A stretch of DNA of 64,000 nt from Phoronis australis (taxonomy: Eukaryota; Animalia; Phoronida). This document shows, in pieces, positions 60,461 to 64,000 of this stretch. Within the stretch, counting starts at the first letter, position 1. The number at the start of each line of letters is the position of its first letter. The notes under the pieces are model-generated. The model ran no database searches. It was not told the DNA's origin and worked only from the letters and a program-made list of their open reading frames with translations. Location: positions 279,259 through 343,258 of the forward strand of contig NMRA01000034.1 in NCBI GenBank assembly GCA_002633005.1. Reading direction: 5' to 3'. The position numbers were made by a program, and so were the translations under genes.

Positions 60461-60626
60461 CTTTGATGTCGTTCTGCGATGCACACTGGAAATTCATGTC
60501 AGTGAGGCAGGACATCTTTACATTGAATCCAAGTTCAGTAAGCGTTTCTATGGCAACATCTTTCATGGCAGCATTAAAGGAGGTTTTAGAGTTTTCATGG
60601 CCAAACACAATCAAAACATTCTTCAT
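60461..60626 (-). CDS. NQO1: NQO1-like, first recognisable coding exon
   Basis: MKNVLIVFGHENSKTSFNAAMKDVAIETLTELGFNVKMSCLTDMNFQCASQNDIK-G|gtgaga; LIVxxH...SFN flavin-phosphate loop. An acceptor cag at 60638-60640 implies an upstream exon. Confidence 0.9.
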
Positions 60627-61204
60627 TCTTGACGTGCCTGCAACGGAACTAAACATGTAAATTAACTGGGCATTCGAGAACTTCGACATAGGTATCTCAG
60701 ACTCTGAGTCCACCAGGTCTTCAATTGGGAAACCGTGAACGGCTGAACACGAAAGTGGCTCAGATTCAACAGCAATAAAACACGTGAGCGTCAGTGACAT
60801 TGATTGAAATGATATTCCATGAGCTCCACTAAGACCACACATCACCTGTTTTTAAGTAGCTAACATTCTGAAAATTTACTTTATTCCGTTTTTATAAATC
60901 CTCACATACCATTCTACTAGTGAAAAATAATCTGGGAATTGTGCAGCAGTTCCTTTTTACCCACAAATTCTAGCATGCCGAGTATTATTTCTTGAAACCA
61001 GAAAAAGAACAATGCGTTTGCCTCTTTAAAAAATGACCAACTACTCAAACATGTGTCTTGAAAAGTGCTTGACATTTGATTTGGGAGCTAGAATATGATG
61101 TAATGAAACTGTAATCTGAAAAGTTCAAAATTGGGTTCAAAAGTTTCGCTGGCGATCAAAATCTATCACTGTTTTGGTACCAAACTTAAAGATAAAATCA
61201 AAAG

Positions 61205-61505
61205 TAGCAACCCATACCCGCCTGGCAAGAAAAAACAAGACTGGGGTATTAAAAATTAATAACGAAAACCGGTATAGAACATGTTTAAAAACAATGTTCC
61301 ATTACTTTTGTCAAATTATAATTATTAATCATGTACCAAGTTGAATCTACTCTCGATATTGTAGGCTGTAACTCTGTGCAAATGTCAGAGAAAACAAATT
61401 TGGGTGTAATAAGAACCACCATTGTTGAAAAAATAGTGCTAGATATTGTACCTTTCCACTCTATTAGCTTAGATCTACATGAATATAAAGGGTGTGCTGA
61501 ACAGG
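61205..61505 (-). repeat. Interspersed repeat, inverted homologue of about 50850-51170
   Basis: Shared AGATCTRAGCTAAT..AGTGGAAAGGTA...GTGGTYCTTATTACACCCAAATT...TTGCACAGAGTTA. Confidence 0.7.
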
Positions 61506-62928
61506 CATTAAAAAGTTGACTGGGACAAAAGTAGACAATGACCATCATCTCTGCTGGCCCACGATGGACCTCCTATAGGCATTTCATACGCCGGAACCTT
61601 TAAGGCGAATTATGCCTCGCACTAACTAAAACATCAAATGTCATGTTGTTATGCATATCTTTTGCACATAGAGGGACACATTAGGAGGTCGTCGATGTAT
61701 TAATTCCTTCCAACTCAAACAAATACTCCCGTTATCAAACTTTTTTCTTCGAGCAGTCCCTCGTTCAGTTCCCAAAATCAGTAACTCGCTATTTTTAACA
61801 CTGCACCCGGCACTTGGCATCGATGACGTATTTATCCTCTAGCGTGAAATTCTCTACATGAAAATTTGTTGTATGCAGATTATAGTTTCTCAAAACCAGA
61901 AAAAGAACAGTGCCCCATAAAAAATGACCAACTACTCAAATATGTCCGTTGAAAAGCAATCATCATTTGATTTGGGAAGCAGGATATGTATGGTTATATT
62001 CCTAGTTTTTTGTAATTAAAAGACAAAACTGAAATATGGAAATTCCATTCAGAATCTCTAATTCCAGGAAAGAAGTCCGATTCCATCTATTTTCCATTAC
62101 CGCAGCAAACCAGTGTTGACTATATTGTGACCAACCATCTTGAAGAGGGACCTACCCCAAATATCTGTGAAACTTATATGAACAATATGCCAGATTACAC
62201 CCTTTAGGGACCGTCGATTCCAAAATTACAAGAATCCTGTGTCACTGTGTACAATCAGTCATCAGTATAAACCTCTAGACCTCGTTACTTTTCGATCCCA
62301 GGAAAAATATCCTTGTTTTATCAATTGAACTAAAAGCCATCTGAAGCTCAGGCTAAGGTAAGCAATACATTGCCCTCAGATGTGGCAGGCCAACCACATA
62401 TTAAAACCCATTACTGGCTTTTCCCATTGATCCCAACTTGTTCGATTCTATAGCCCAACAAAAAGTTGGGAAGATGATCCCTCTAGCCAATATCACGTCT
62501 AATTAACTCCATTCTGCCTATGATTCTGGCATTGATGGTTGGAGTGTCACTCTCTTTTGTTCGCCTTATTCACTTATTGCTCTAGATCTAATCTCCAATA
62601 AGATCCTATCTAGTTAAGTTACAATATACTAGAACATAAACCAATGGCATTTATGAATTCCTCGTCAAATACTGATCATGTTTAGTTTTTGAATCGCCAA
62701 AATCGCCCAAAATACAAACGAAGTAACGACAATCTATTCTTTCCGAACTCTGGGTTTGACCCTGTGTTTGACTGTGCTCAAAGACACAGGTATTGATTCA
62801 GCTTTGCACCGATGTGGGTGAATAAGTGGTAAGATAAGATCTGACACAAAATTAGTGTCACTAAAAACTAAAGTCTTCCTTGAGTAAACTAAATTATTTA
62901 ACTATGTTGGAAAAAGTAGCGTTCTTAC

Positions 62929-63015
62929 CGTTATTCTGCTGCTAAAGTTATGGAGCGATCTTTAGCGACGGCTTTCGGTGCCATGAAATATTGCGTCACC
63001 TATTGGCCAGATTCT
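62929..63015 (-). promoter_or_regulatory. Candidate promoter and non-coding first exon of the NQO1-like gene
   Basis: CpG-enriched patch; on the minus strand CCAAT, GTGACGCAA, then a strong donor ACG|gtaaga at 62928. No transcript evidence. Confidence 0.3.
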
Positions 63016-64000
63016 TTTTTCGCCGATTCTTCAATCAACTGTTGTTCTTTCACGAAGTTGCGTACATGTCACAACAAATTATCGGAACTGGTTTCACTTC
63101 CTTATAAGTTTTTAGAATTTTGATACCGAAAAACCGAATTTCAGAAGAAATTTTGCAGCTGCCAAGCTATCATCATCTCCCGAGAGATGTCGCAAACATT
63201 CAGGAAATGAATGGCGCGTCGGTGATACGAGCGTACTGTTTTCAAAACGAATTACTTTTCATTGTCAGAAAAGGCGGAGAGTTACGCAAGAAAATGACGT
63301 TCATTGCATTGTTTTTCACTTAAATGGCTGTAGCGGGCAAGGAGAGTGTCGGTTGATACCCAGGTTTTGCATGCACCCGTCTGGTCTTTAGTTTTACATA
63401 TATAATTAAGTTACACCATAGATTATAGTCTATGGTTACACGTACGCAGTATGACGAGGTGTTTTCCCGTTCAGTGACTTGACCAGAGATATATGGCACG
63501 ATACCAGACGAAGGGGGTTCTGAGCTTGTGATAACATCTAACTTCTTTGTTAACTGCCAAGCACAGTTTTGTCTGTTATGACAACAGGCATGCCAATTAT
63601 CTACCAGGCTAATTACAAACCACGTGAGTGAACACCCGTCAAACCCGGCCAACCGAACCGAAAAAAGAGTGAGAATTTGTACATTCGGAAAGAATAGATT
63701 ATCCTAACTTCGGTTGCTGTTGGGCGCTGATTTTGGCGATTCAAAAACTAAACATGATTACCATTTGATGAGATATTTCAGAAATGTTATTGGTTATTGT
63801 TCAAATATTATAGTTATAACTTAACTTAAATTTTTACTTTTACAACAAGAAGAGCTGGCCCTCTCACCGGCGGCCATGAATGCCAGAATGGAGTTAATCG
63901 TGTAAGATATCAGCTCCAGCTTGTTGTTGGGCTACTATAGAATCGAAAAAGTTGCGAGCATAGGCGGATTTAGGGGAGTGGGCAGCCCCCCCCCCCCCCC

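Noticed and set aside
62768-62805. ARE-like TGACnnnGC motifs near the NQO 5' end (also GCTGACTCAGC near 17434)
   Set aside because: Short motifs are expected by chance in 64 kb and there is no conservation evidence.

Overview
Eukaryotic, AT-rich animal genomic DNA; the repeat content suggests a marine invertebrate, but the species cannot be determined. Three intron-containing genes were reconstructed by hand on the minus strand, with GT-AG junctions and consistent phases. (1) The first five coding exons of an integrin alpha chain lacking an I-domain (19900 down to 3291; it continues beyond the window). (2) A complete 131-aa four-EF-hand calmodulin-like protein (29870-26361). (3) A 264-aa NQO1-like quinone reductase (60626-50272) with an extensively remodelled active site. 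Most of the rest is transposon-derived: nested decayed LINEs, a Penelope-like element with a hammerhead motif and an inverted partial terminal repeat, a young internally deleted Kolobok (THAP transposase plus KolX) and an older relative, TTAA-flanked non-autonomous elements, two solo LTRs bracketing the integrin first exon, a hAT-like element with a 5-bp TSD, Harbinger-type MITEs, and a Helentron-associated (HINE-like) element whose tandem array carries a CTCF-like motif in each monomer. Two tandem duplications sit exactly on single-N gaps and are probably uncollapsed haplotypes. No tRNA, rRNA or CRISPR array was found. I did not find a clearly new multi-gene system; the strongest leads are the remodelled NQO1, the CTCF-motif array, the paired Kolobok deletion derivatives and the intronic hammerhead remnants. 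All family assignments come from motif recognition, not database searches.
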